The position numbers were made by a program, and so were the translations under genes. Below the pieces are notes generated by a model that saw nothing but the letters and a program-made list of their open reading frames with translations, was not told where the DNA came from and did no database searches. A stretch of 60,069 nt of DNA, filler included, from Asterionella formosa (lineage: Eukaryota): assembly GCA_002256025.1 (NCBI GenBank). It is 9 parts of 9 records of this genome, joined end to end, with 100 filler letters (N's around TTAATTAATTAA, not from the genome) between each part and the next. Parts side by side here need not be neighbours in the genome. Positions count along the whole stretch, not along the records: positions 33,462 to 40,045 come from NKIB01012667.1; positions 40,146 to 46,722 come from NKIB01012668.1; positions 46,823 to 53,396 come from NKIB01012669.1; 6 more parts are not named here. One strand, 5' to 3'. Shown piece by piece: positions 37,047 through 49,838 of this stretch; within the stretch, counting starts at the first letter, position 1, and the number at the start of each line of letters is the position of its first letter.

Positions 37047-37784
37047 ATGGTGAAGGAAACACCAGCCACCGTAGCGACCTCATCCACATCCTGGATTCTG
37101 GAATCCTTGGAGAAAAACCCACCTCCAGAACCTCTACCTCCTGGTTGGATCCTTCGAAAATCACGAGCACAGCCGGGAATTGTCTATTACTATCATCAAG
37201 ATTCAGGCGAATCGAGATGGGACCAACCCATTTTGTATGAGGCCGAAACTGTAACAGCGAAAGCAACAACCAAGAAGGAAGAATCATCGGAATCTTCTGA
37301 ACCAGAAGCAGAAATGACTGAAGAAACTTTTGCGACAGATTTAGTAACGAAACAAGAATTAGAAGAGAACGAAAAAGAACCAAAAGCGTCCCCAGCAACA
37401 AAACGCCAAAAGACTTCATCTTCAAGCCCGAAAGAAATCAGGGTCTTACACATCCTCAAGAAGCACAAGGACTCACGAAGACCTAGCTCTTGGCGAGTGC
37501 CACATATTACAGCGTCAAAAGAGGAGGCCACTCTGGAACTCCAGGAGTTACTGGAGGTTATTCAGGAATCCCCGACAGGAGATGAGCAGAGGGCAACATT
37601 TGAAGAATTGGCTCGAACGGAAAGTGATTGCACTTCCGCAAAACGAGGAGGTGATCTAGGATTCTTTGGAAAGCGTAAAATGCAACCTACTTTTGAGGAA
37701 GCCTCGTTTGCTTTGGAAATTGGACAATTGAGTGGAATAATCGAATCCAGCAGTGGAGTTCATGTTATTTTGAGAATAGGGTAG
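37047..37784 (+). CDS. PIN1: Pin1-type peptidyl-prolyl isomerase (WW + parvulin)
   Basis: WW domain LPPGW...YYY...SRWDQP; parvulin HILKKHKDSRRPSSWR, SDCTSAKRGGDLGFF, SGVHVILR. Confidence 0.95.
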   Translation: MVKETPATVATSSTSWILESLEKNPPPEPLPPGWILRKSRAQPGIVYYYHQDSGESRWDQPILYEAETVTAKATTKKEESSESSEPEAEMTEETFATDLVTKQELEENEKEPKASPATKRQKTSSSSPKEIRVLHILKKHKDSRRPSSWRVPHITASKEEATLELQELLEVIQESPTGDEQRATFEELARTESDCTSAKRGGDLGFFGKRKMQPTFEEASFALEIGQLSGIIESSSGVHVILRIG

Positions 37785-38085
37785 ATCTGCCGCTTGTTCT
37801 AAAAGCGCTTCGATAGACGAATAAGGCCGCCTAAATATTTCTCGATCCAAATAGGATTACTTTTAGAAAATCATCAGTAGAATTTTTATTATTGTAATCC
37901 GAGGGAAGAAAAATTTTGCGGCCCACAGTCACAGTTTACGCGAACTGTTAGACTATACCGGTAGTCGATCAGTATCCTAGTACCACGACCATAGCTACAG
38001 TAATGCTAGACTACTCGCATGAAAGAGGGAGAAAATATTTGACATTATTATAGAATAAATAAATGCATTCTGCAGTGTATTGCTT

Positions 38086-40019
38086 TTATAGATTTCTCCA
38101 AGCCTGACTCATCATTTCATCCGGAAGGACCAATTCATGTCGAAAGACTCCCGATTGATGAAAATCTGTCGAATAGGGCACGTCAACAAATGACAAGGCA
38201 TTCCTTGGAACTCCCTCACGTTCCAAAGTATGCATAAAGTTGTTGTCGTCACCATAAATGTCTATAGCAACGTCATACACAATGGTGTCACCTTCGTGTC
38301 GTCGATTTCGGACGACACAATACAACCCTTTTTCGGTAATGCTCCAACCATCGAAGTCTTGAAAGATGTTTTTCCAGTGAACTCTCTGAAGCAAAGGATG
38401 TGCCCGAACCAAAATATTAGATGGGTAAGGATCAAGTGTTTGTTCTGCTTTGGTACGAATGATACTGTTCGCCAACTGTTCGTTCCAAACTTCAGCTGGA
38501 GCATAGTTTTTCCACTCATCGGACGGTTTCCACTTCTTAACATGCTCAGTCCATGCTTCTTCCCAAGCATCACCATAATCCAAGAAAATTTCTTCTCCTT
38601 CTTCAATGTCACGAGTTACAATATAGTCAAAGGCAAGTTGAACTTTGTAGCTACCCATGAGTTCCAAAGGATCCATATTGAGAATGCTGGAATTATGCGA
38701 TAATTCTCCATCCTTGGCCCATACAATCTTAACATTGGCTCTTGTTTGATTGTGATTAATGTACGATACTCCCACACCATAGGGACACAACAACATTGTT
38801 GATTCATCATGACCCCAACAATAATTCAATAGAAGTTGATCTCCAACCTTTTCCCGCAAGTTCCGTTTCCATCTTCCGGATGGATTGTTTGGATCTGGTT
38901 CAATCTTGTACATTGTGATAAAGTTTTCACGATCAGGAATATGAAGCAATGGCGATCCCGTAAGAACTTGTCCACGATTCAAGTGTCGTGTCGCAAACGC
39001 CCCTCGGCCAGCATGAGGAATGGTCGATGGTCCATGGCGAATGTGATCCAAACATCGACCAGTCGCCTGCAATTCCGCGATGGATTTTAGCGCAGAGGGC
39101 TGATAAAGAGATCGAATCCCATCTGTGGCAGCTTGCACGGCATTTTCGTATGTACGAGGCAACGCATTGGATGTTCTGGATTCCCATGGTACCGAGTTGA
39201 CAAGGGTCCAAAGATCCCGGCCCATGGAGGTAGTCATTCCTTCGGTCAGGGAATGAAAATTTTGACACAATTGTTCCGCCGCCGTATGATGCTGACGTAG
39301 TGGAATCAACCCAAAGGTCCTTGGACGAGACTCAAACCCTGAATATATGCAGACATAGTAGTGGTCACCATAGGAAGGAGTTAGCACATGGCTCCACCGA
39401 GATCCAGAACAACGATCACAACAAAAAGTGACCATGACTTACACCAATCCCCATAAAACTTGAACAGCTCTCCACCCTTCGGGACAAATTCTAACACTCT
39501 CGTCGTCCCATTGTGATACGGTGAAATGGCCCCCGTTCCGGGAGATGTGTATCGATGCAAGCCAGCTTCGTCCCACAATGGCACAGATTTTCCTACATTA
39601 ATGAGTGCCAAATGGCAATTGATCGCGCAGTCCAATCCGGGACAAAATGCTTCAATGTCGGCATCGTCGGTATCTTGCGCCATTCCCATGACGCCGCCTT
39701 CCCATTGATAATCTGCAAAGGGACTAAAGTAGTCTTGTGTATCCAAATGCCACGACACATCGACAATGGGAATGGCAATGTCTCCAGGCCCCACGGCATC
39801 ACCAGGAGCCATGTCATGACCGACGAATATGCCCAATCCAGCGCCTGGAATGGTGGATTCCGCCAGGAAAAGTCCGCAAGTTGCGGATTCGTCGTCATTT
39901 CGACAGCTTCCATCAGCCGTGTCATTGCAGGATTCTGCATCATCCTGTGCCAATGAGGACGCGACCAGAGACAGTAGAAGGACCGCTGTCAGCGTGGGGG
40001 CAAGGACGAAGCATTTCAT
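38086..40019 (-). CDS. Secreted/ER protein with two SET-like domains; intron 39339-39442
   Basis: Signal peptide; ESTIPGAGLGIF...AINCH...GELFKFYG and STIPHAGRGAFA...YINH...GEEIFLDYG. GTAAGT...CTAAC...CAG intron gives YGDWWFESR. Confidence 0.87.
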
Positions 40020-40680
40020 CTTAATTTTAGATGAAAGAATACCTANNNNNNNNNNNNNNNNNNNNNNNNNNNNNNNNNNNNNNNNNNNNTTAATTAATTA
40101 ANNNNNNNNNNNNNNNNNNNNNNNNNNNNNNNNNNNNNNNNNNNNCGAACTACCTTGTTAATGATTTCCCGTTCCATTCGGGATCGATGGCCATCTTGAA
40201 GCTGTTGAAATAGTCCCATTGGGTCACTATTCTATCCCTATATTTATATGAAGAACTAGATATATTGCTGGTCGTTCAAGGCAAGGAACATTAAGTCTAC
40301 AGATAGTGGTATTTGAGATAATTACCGGAATAAGATGATGTTGGTAATCAAATGACACCATATATCTATTACGCACACACTGCTTGATCTGTTGATACTT
40401 TTACCGTGTTACTGGTAGACCTAAAGTTGAAACAGATAAGTCAAATGAATCTTGTATGTATCTCCAAAATCTGCCCAGTCATGACCTTTTGAGGTTATCA
40501 TGAACACGAATGAATCTTTACTAATATGGGAAATCAATATTTTGAGTCATGTCATGAACATGAGTCAATTTTCTCATACATGACTTAAAAAAATTTTGTT
40601 TGTTTGTTTTGCTAACAGTTAATTCTATCATCTCACTTTATTTGGAATTACCAGTAGATTAATTATTTCAACAACAAACA

Positions 40681-41220
40681 ATGGCTGCAAATCATACTGC
40701 GATTGCCATATTTACAAGTGATTATCATGGAGAACCCATCATTGACTCCAACATATACTGGAATCACCAGCTCCATAATCTGACTGAGCTTGGTTTGGAA
40801 ACGTTGGAGACTAACACCAGCAAATTGCCTGGATTCCGGCTACCAACAGATTGGGCAACACTTACATGTGTCAATCGAGATAAGGTAGTTGCAACAGCCA
40901 TAGTACAACACATTAATGCTGGGAATGGACAATTCTATCAATACAACAATGAATTAAAAACATGGGGGATGCCAATTGAGGAGGAGGATGCAATTGCACA
41001 TGCCATTATTCCTCTTACTTTTAAAACTATGGAAGGGAGTGAAGCACATGTGAAGAAATGGAAAGATTACATTAAAACTCATCGGGATATTGGCCTGATC
41101 ACCATGTTCTGGTTTCATAAAACACCAGCTCACGACAGGATTTTACCAAAGTATGACAGAAATCACGTTGTAGTAGTGTTTTCAGGCTCAATTATACTTA
41201 TACTTTTGCCTGGGTCCTAA
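40681..41220 (+). CDS. Hypothetical 179-aa ORF
   Basis: ATG in an ACAAACA context and an open frame in AT-rich DNA; no recognisable domain. Confidence 0.35.
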   Translation: MAANHTAIAIFTSDYHGEPIIDSNIYWNHQLHNLTELGLETLETNTSKLPGFRLPTDWATLTCVNRDKVVATAIVQHINAGNGQFYQYNNELKTWGMPIEEEDAIAHAIIPLTFKTMEGSEAHVKKWKDYIKTHRDIGLITMFWFHKTPAHDRILPKYDRNHVVVVFSGSIILILLPGS

Positions 41221-41310
41221 AGGTGTAGTAGTCTTTTTAGGCACAAACTTATACTTTTGCTTGGGTTCTAAAGGTGTCGTAATCTTTTCAGGCACAAACT
41301 TATACTGTTG
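41195..41310. repeat. 51-bp tandem repeat (~2.3 copies)
   Basis: ACTTATACTTTTGC.TGGGT.CTAAAGGTGT.GTA.TCTTTT.AGGCACAA is repeated. Confidence 0.8.
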
Positions 41311-42107
41311 CCGGATTCCACAACATGATGGACAACTCCAACGATCCGGATCTTTTAGAATCTTTCTAAACTCATCTGCTTCGATTTCATAACCAAATCT
41401 CTGGTTGTTAGACATTGCAGGTATGTAGAACTTTGGTCATTGAGATTATGAAAGAGATCAACAGAAAGGACAAGATATGCATTAGTGACAGCAGACAAAG
41501 CGATTGTAGGAAACTCGCTTTACTTCATGTGACTAACCTCGTCGTTACGCCGCATACTCATGCACTTGTACATGCCAGGTCCCGTCGCCTCCCGTTTAAA
41601 TAATCTGAAATTTTTCATTCTTAAGTTCTTGCTTTGACAAGAAGAACGAAGAAATTGTGAAATTTTGTCGATGATGAACAAAGAAATCCATCACAAAAAG
41701 AAAACGAGGAAGAAGATAATGAAAAGACATGAAATTGAAAGTACGACCGGTAAAACTGCAAGTACGGTGGGGTAAACGCACAGTACCAGTAAAGAACTGC
41801 TGTGACCCTCTGAGTTCTCCTATTCGTTTGATTAGTTCGACTAAACCTTTTCCATGCCTTGCGAGAATCAAACTTCCAGGTCTTGTTAACCAAAGGAGTC
41901 AGCAGGTTGTGGATCTGTCGGTATTCTCATTGAAGGTCGAGGTACTGAGATACGAACCCTTTTATGTGGACAAAATTTGCCGGTAATGGGTCACAGCAGT
42001 ACTTAAATTTTATCTATAATTGTATATAATTTTATATACCATTATGATCACGGATTACACCGTTTGGTTTTCGCAAAATCATTTGTAAGCATCATCGCAT
42101 CGAATAT

Positions 42108-44068
42108 TTATATCACGATCACACACAAATGCATCCAGCCACATAAAATGCTTGTGCCTATCAACACCACTGCAATATCGCCCTCATCCCTACTAAGCTC
42201 CTGCCCTTCCACAAGCACAAGAGGCTGAATTGGATATGGAGAATCCTTTTCTCCACAGCAACAAGTCTCCAAGTATCTTGCCAACAAGTTCTGTCTAGTT
42301 GTTGGAAGCGGCGCATCGCCGTTGCGCTTGTACCATGTCACCATTGTTTTCAGTTCAGCTACGTTGTAGCTTCCAGCTTCCTTTCCAGTCTCTCTGATGG
42401 CCTGTACCTTCTGTGACAATTCAAAAAACCGTTGATTCAATTTCTGCTCCTTGTTTTGTTCCTGGATTTCATGCCAGCGTTTGATTTCCAGCATATGCTC
42501 AAAAAGCGGTGGTCCTAGATAAGTGTTTCCAACAGCAAAGTGCAGTCCTGCGGTCATTCGTTTGTGTGTGTAGATTGCTGCTTGTGATGTTTGTTTTCTT
42601 TTCCTGGCATGTATCCATTCAGCAAAGGGATCAAGTCCTTGAACCCAACCAATCTCCAACTGTTTTGCGGCGAAAATAATTGCACACATTACAGGGTAAC
42701 CGTCAGCAGCAGTGAATCCTAACACAGTGAAATGGGCATCCTTGAGAGCACTTCGTTGTTTTGGTCTTCCAGCTGCATTGACCAAAAACTTTTCACCCCC
42801 AATCTGTCCATCCTTTGTCTGACTGGTGTTGCTTCCAACTTCGTCAACAAAAAGCAGCTTGTCTGGTCTTGTCAATTTATATTTTGTTTGCAATCCAAAT
42901 GCCTCCCCTTCAGTTTCAACCACATCACCTTCCTTGTCGAACCACACTTCCTGCTCCAGCTCCTCAGCAATCTTTCCCATCACCATCTCCTTGTAAATTT
43001 CGGCATACATTGCTTCGAAGTTCTGATAGGTACACCAGTCCGCACGTTTTCTGTCAAACTTAACACCTTTTTTGCCTTGACATTCAGCCCATTTCGCTTC
43101 ATGAATCCTCGCCAGTACCCCTTTCCCATCTCCTTCGTTGACTGCTGCTCATCCTTAAATGAAGTACAATGCTTACGACGCCAGATTTGAATGTTTTCAA
43201 ATATCGACTTTCCATTTACAAGTGAATTTGCAAGTTGCAGTCCCTCTTGGCATGTGATGGGCGAACGCATTTTACCCAACTGATCAATGAGCTCCACAAT
43301 GTAAGGTTCCACTTCAAGCATAGGTGAGATGCGAGCTGTGTTTGTTCCTTGATTCTTTTTCTTTTTGCACGACCAAGCGCCTCCTTTTCTCTCAATATTA
43401 TACAGGTAAGTGTATTTCTCTTCTCTCGTAATTCTTCTCCTCCTCCTTTTACTTTTTCCTCTTCTCTCGACCTCATTTATTCTGCTGCCGAATTGGAAAT
43501 ACATTCTTTCACTTTTTCTGCCATGATGGAGCTGGCTACTGCAGTTGTTCCCTTTGGACGACCACCATAGTAGGGCAGGGTTGTAGTGGCAGAAATGGTG
43601 CTGCTGCTTTCAGTTGATGCAGTAGTAGTGCTGGCAGGAGGCAAACTAGAAGTTGCGGACATAATCATAGTAGTAATGGAAGAATGATGATGATTTTTTC
43701 TGCTATAGCTGTAATTTTCTACACCTTCCATTGTCAGCATAGATATTTCGCTTTCTTGTGATTCTTCATGCACATCCTCCTCAGCAGGCTGTTTGTCCAT
43801 GCTGGTAGCTACTGGTGCCACCAGATAACCTCATTTTACTTAGAATGTATTTCACTTTCTGTGTAGTCACCCATGGGACAAGTTCTTGTATATCGTGCAC
43901 AGCACGAGAAATTGCGCCATATGGTAGATTTCCATTATTGTTCGCTTTCAACACTTCCATATTTGTAGAAATGTTCAATAGGCAATGTTCAATCATCCTT
44001 GCTTTGTTTGTGCTGCTAATAGGCTGAGCCGCCTTGCCCGAAGGCACAGTCGATTTCTTTTTTGCCAT
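42108..44068 (-). mobile_element. pogo-like (IS630-Tc1-mariner) transposase pseudogene
   Basis: GGRPKGTT, CENP-B-like HTH (GYWRGFMKRN), LLFVDEVG, HFTVLGFTAADG.PVMCAIIF; several frameshifts and the remaining catalytic residues appear deleted. Confidence 0.85.
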
Positions 44069-44506
44069 AGTTTGGTTGCATATTATGAGCTAAAAATTGC
44101 ATAGTGGTATGTACACATTTCCTTCCAAGTGTATGGGTGAAAGAGCGCAAGTTTACGATTCTCAAGTTACTTAAACACTATCAAGTGACAAGGATAAGGA
44201 TATGACAGGAATCATACAACAAATAAATCGAAGGCGATAATTTTTTATTCAGCTGCGAATATCATATAACAATGAGTCCTCAAAACATGGGGTAATCGTT
44301 CTGGAATATTTTCGTCGATCGCACTTTTCAACCGATATTTTAGGAAAAACAAATTGCTATGGCTGGAATCATCCTCAGAGTACATATAGTAGCCACCGTA
44401 GCCCTAGTATGATAGATAATTAGCATAGGGAATATTTTATGGATAAATATATTCATGCATGAGTTTACGTAATGTTGACAAGCATATAACAACATCAGCG
44501 ATCGCT

Positions 44507-46722
44507 TTATTCATCTACATTCATTACAAACTTGTAATCGAAGTCCAAGGCACATCGATGTGTCTTCATCTTCTTTATAAGGTTGTCGATTTCGACAGGG
44601 TCATGCTTGGAGCGCTGCTTTTGCAGTTCTGGTTCAAATAAGCCAGAATCAAGAGCATGGTAAGCCAACATGTACTGGCGAGCTCGTCGAGAAAATTTCC
44701 TTATTCGGGCTCCTGTAATCACTTCAGCTGACAAACATGTTCTAACACTTGCCATGAAATTCGATTTCCCCTTCTTTTCCTTCAGTGCCAGGTTCCGGTA
44801 TGTGCCTTTGGCACACGCCCACATGTATTCCACACCTTCCCCAGCTATCTCAGCATGGCATTTTGGAGATAGCATTACTTCCACTCCAAGTTTGGTCCCA
44901 ATATATTGCATCATGCCTTGCTCATTCAAGAAGTCAGAACACAAGGACATAAGATGTCGAAGACTAGTGTTGCACTCTATTAGGCCAAATGAATCTTTTC
45001 GACCAGTAAGTGTGTAGCTATTCAACTTTGTTCCATCAATTAATCCCCTTTCCCAAAGCACTTGAACTAATCCCTTCGATTTTCCTTCCCAACCTTCCTT
45101 GACCCTTGAAATTTGTGTCGATGTTGGCACTTGATATTGTGGACAGAGGAACACCAGATCGCTTTTATTCTTCCCTTTAGTATTGGCTCCCTTAGCAGCA
45201 AGATCGAATATTAATTGGGCACGACTTCTTTGAATTTCTTTGGGTACTCCAATGATGGTATCATGTCGACTTGCTTCTTGTTCAGCAGGAGTCATCCAAC
45301 ATGGGCCCACATCATCAGGTTGGAATGTGAGGTGCTGTGTTTGACCAGGCTGTAATTTTCTTTGAAAGGGGCCAAGGAATCCTGCTTCTTGTTCAATGAT
45401 TGTAGATCGCATGGGCAACCCCTTTCCACCAAAGGTTTTTTTCATCCTGATTGAACTCAATCCAGCAGGTCTATGTTTGCTGTGTCCACTTGAATGGTCA
45501 AATAGATAAACAAACTTATAGTGTAGATGCATCACTTTTAGTACATCAATTTTGTCTTCGAATTGACACACCATGTGATTGTAATTCCAGTAGCCATCTC
45601 GATTTTCTCCATTATCAAAGTAGACCAAGAATGGAGAATTCTTTTTGGCAATGGCTTCTTTTTTTGGTCTCATGTACGTCAATTGCAGCTTCCTCATCTG
45701 CATAACTTGCTCCAAGTCTATTGGCATTGACCGTTGTAAGAATATAGTCATCGATTTCTCTTATCAAGCCATGCTCTTGAGTGATAAATGAACTGATCAT
45801 TACTCCAGAACCCTCATCTTTTGGTAGTAGGGGTCTCTCGCCATTCGGACCTGTCCACATCTTGGAATTCAACAAGAATTGTTTGAATATTGCTTCATCC
45901 TTTCCAACAATCATAGCAGTTTGCTCGTCATTTTTCTTTCGCACACTACAATTGCCTCCCATTGGAAGATCCGGTGAGGTATTAAAGTTGTCTGCATGAT
46001 ATTCTACCATAGAGGTTCCATCATGGTCACTGTAATGAAATCCAGTATTCTTGACAACTAAACCTTGTGACTCTAGAAGTTTAGATTTTTCTGCTGTAAA
46101 ATGTACCCACCTTGAAGCATTAACCTCTTTCTTGAAGTATTCAGCAATGAAAATTCGACGGTAGGCTAAGGTGTCTGTCTTCTCATGACCATCGACAAAG
46201 TAATGTTTCCTTCGAGTCTCATACTTGAATCCAACTGCGTGCATCCACCTTGCAATTGTACAAATTGAGATCTTTGTCAAACCATAGGTCAGAAGGAACT
46301 GTTCTCTGCTGTTGTTTAATTCACTGTCCTCAACAACTCCTGGTCTTGCTGGTAAGTCTTCATAGACGTCGCAATCATCAGGAACATCTACACCCAAACT
46401 CGCAACCAATGTTGGTACCAGATGTTCATGAACATATTCATACATTTTTTCCACAGACAAGTCATTTAAATTGGCGATCCCAAATTTCTTGAATGCATTC
46501 ATGGCATCAGGATTTGATTGGAAGAATGGAGGGATCTTATCCTTTTTGATTGGCGACTTACAGAAAGCATCTTGTAAATTGTATGCCAGTTGCCGATGCC
46601 ACCTTCCAAGAGTCCTCACATTGGAGTAGGCTTCTAATCCAAGATCATTCATAACTCCAATTGAATATTGGAGGCACTGCTGCCAGGTCCATCTGGTTTC
46701 CCCAATTTCCTTCTGAACAAAC
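44507..46722 (-). mobile_element. IS630-Tc1-mariner transposase with a long catalytic-domain insertion (Sagan-like), one frameshift near 45650
   Basis: YFVDGHE, KDEAIF, RPLLPKDEG.GVMIS, DGYW, LFDHSSGH, KGLVQVLWERG, SPKCHAEIAGEGVEYMW. Confidence 0.85.
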
Positions 46723-47321
46723 NNNNNNNNNNNNNNNNNNNNNNNNNNNNNNNNNNNNNNNNNNNNTTAATTAATTAANNNNNNNNNNNNNNNNNNNNNN
46801 NNNNNNNNNNNNNNNNNNNNNNTTGCTTTGATTCGTGTTAAGTGAAGCAAGACGATACGATGGATTTTCGTGATGTTGTGTCAGTGTAACATGACTAGCG
46901 AACAAGTCATTCCTTCACATTGTTACTGTAACTGCATAGGACAATAAAACAAATCAAACAACGGAATAGTCGGCAAGTTCAGAGTGTCACTAACAGCAAG
47001 GATAGAGACAAGACATTAAGCAAGCACTGCATAGCACAAGATTCAGAATAGAGGAAGGAAAGGGCAAGATAGGAACAATATACATTGAGCCAAGTAGAGA
47101 GAGAAATATTGGGTCGCTGGCCTGTAGAATTATAGACAGCATTGCTAAATTTGATAGTTAAATTACGATCCATTTCAATCTATTTTGAATAATGCTTGTT
47201 GTGATTAGAATTATGATCATGTTTAAGATAGTTATACGATGAAACAAAATTCACATGATGGCATAGAGTTGAGCTGATTTTAGGATGCATTGTATTAATA
47301 ATTTACATTTGGCAATCACAA

Positions 47322-47570
47322 TAAGTGAAAATAAATGAGAAGGTTTATGATATTGATAAGAAATGTTGTTGATCAGTTGATACACATTGTGTGATAATAA
47401 TGTTCTTATTATTATACTTCAAGTTTGGTAAAATATTAATAAATCATAAATAGGATACATGATTGATCATAGTTTTGATCCAAAAATTATCATATGTATG
47501 AAAATCCTGTGCCACTTAGTAGCGTACAATACCCTTGATCCTATATGCATGATAAATTTTATTTGCAGAC
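47322..47570. repeat. Second copy of the AT-rich repeat at 19608-19860
   Basis: Reverse-complement match including AGCGTACAATACCCTTGATCCTATATGCATGATA. Confidence 0.8.
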
Positions 47571-47611
47571 GAGAAAGATTGGGTTTTTGAATAAGGTATT
47601 TTTATTCGGCA

Positions 47612-48275
47612 ATGCTTTCACTGCCTGGAACAGTCCCGACAGAAATTGGACTCCTGTCAAGTCTTACTCAGCTTGGGTTGCACAGCAATAAATTCACAAA
47701 TACAGGATCTACCAATTTTCGCATAGACAAGTCGGCAACCTTCTTGGGACCTGTCATGAAGAGTTATCTAATAGTTTTTGATTTGCAAAATATATAGAAA
47801 TTTAATTTTGCCTGATTACTATAAATCATGGCTTGTTTTGTGGATTTGCAACTCTCTCAGAGGTTTGGAACCTCGTCTCTGGTAAACATTTTTTGATAGT
47901 CCTCTCTGATGTTTGACATTTAGTCATCCTGAAAATGCTCACTGGGGTTTCTTATACATTGGCAGTCGATACATGATTCTGTTAGTTTCATGATGACAAT
48001 TCCTATCGATTTCTCAACGTCCTATTGGGGGAGGAAACAAGGATAAGCCTACAATTGTTATCAGACCTGCTGGGATTAATCACAATTCAATGAAGGTGTC
48101 CAGTCATTTGAATCCACCAGATTGCACAGCATGGCAAGATTTGGATGTGATTTGCTTGAATTTCCTGTTTGGAAGTATATCATATACTAACATGACTTGT
48201 GATCTCACAGAAATTACGTTCACTACTAATCGCTATGCTGGGCCAATTCAACTCTTGTCAAGATTTCAAACTTAG
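47612..48275 (+). pseudogene. Leucine-rich-repeat gene relic
   Basis: GTVPTEIGLLSSLTQLGLHSNKFT plus further decayed LRR-like peptides (NFLFGSI, NRYAGPI) among stops. Confidence 0.55.
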
Positions 48276-49838
48276 AATGAAATATGTTCCCAAAGAAGGT
48301 GACTCAAAAAATGTCAGCAGGACCCAGTTATCAGTTTCAGCAAAGGTATCACAACTTCAACTCAGCACACTGGCACATAATGTGGTGCAAATATATTTGA
48401 TAAAGGAAATAACCAGTTTAGGTCATGTAGAATCAATATGCATATTAACAACAGAAGGATCATGTCAACTTCTCTTGGAATATGGTTTGCACACCAGCCA
48501 GCATTTTCTAATTGATATAGCACTGTACATTATTGGTTTTTTCATCACTTTGGCCGGAAAAGGAAAATGATTTGGAGTTTGGAGAGAATAAAGCAATGGA
48601 AGCATTACTTGCTTTAGTATTGCATACTTTTGCTTTGGGCCGCCCTTTTGATGCACTGGTCATTTGCTTGGACGTTTCCCAAATAATTAGCACAAAACCT
48701 GCGTCAATAAGTCATGATACACTCGAATCAGAGATGACTTGATGACGTTCTTTATTTATAATGAAGATCTTAAGCGCCCCATCCTGCGTCGTGGTGTCCA
48801 TTTCAGCAAAATGACCCCAGGTTACTGAATGCGCATGAGTAATTCCCGTATTTTCATTCAGATGTTTAATAATGACCATTGTCGAGCAATAGTGGTCTCA
48901 AAATTACACAAACCCGACACAGCATGTACCGGTCCAAACATAGTCAGAGTAGCGGCAAACGAGAAAGATAAATAATATGGATGGCTAATTTCTGTACATA
49001 TCATACTGGGTACCTGGTACCGGCAGTTTAGTTCTGTGACCATCAATGGGAAAATGACCATTCAAGAGACATTCTACGACATAAGTCGCAGCGACATCTT
49101 GGATTTGAGATGGATGGGTACCACAACGACCAGCTGGTATACTATTCAACGAATTAACAGAATAGGAGTACCACATGAGAAATGACTGTCTCGAAATCTC
49201 TATGGATCATGATAAAGCTACTGGTAAAATGCTCTACATACAATGTTTCGGTATTATTAAATGGTTTCATTCGCGTCAGGGAATCCGTGACAGGCATGAA
49301 AGGATGTTTGAAACGGTCATAATTGCGATTATTTAGAAGCAATTCCCGCTCCCAACAGAATGGGCTCCACTGATCATGGTCAACGCTTCGCGAACTCACA
49401 AAATGCATAGCATAAAATTTCTATCCATTCTTTCATACTTTAACACCCATTATAGAAGGTCAATTTTCAAAATGAACCCTTATCCAATCTCGTATTGGCA
49501 GGAGCAAGAAGTCAATGTTTTGTCGAAACCACGAAGAGCATCAACTGTAAGTGACATCACAAGCAAAGCAGACAGCATAACTGCTTCATTCGCTGCGAAA
49601 TTTTCGTTTCTTCCGATGAGTTTGTTCTTCCCAAATCTATGCTCGGTTATAATATATCAACGCTTAAGTCATTGGTTTTTGATCACTTGAAGCATGGAAA
49701 CAGAATGTTTGTCTCCGTTCAACTAATTATTTCCATTGAATGATGGTTGGTGACTAGTATAGGCTTGTCATGCGAAGCGCCAACAACAAGTTTCCTATCG
49801 ATTCTCACTGATGATTCTGAATTCAAACAACCTATACT

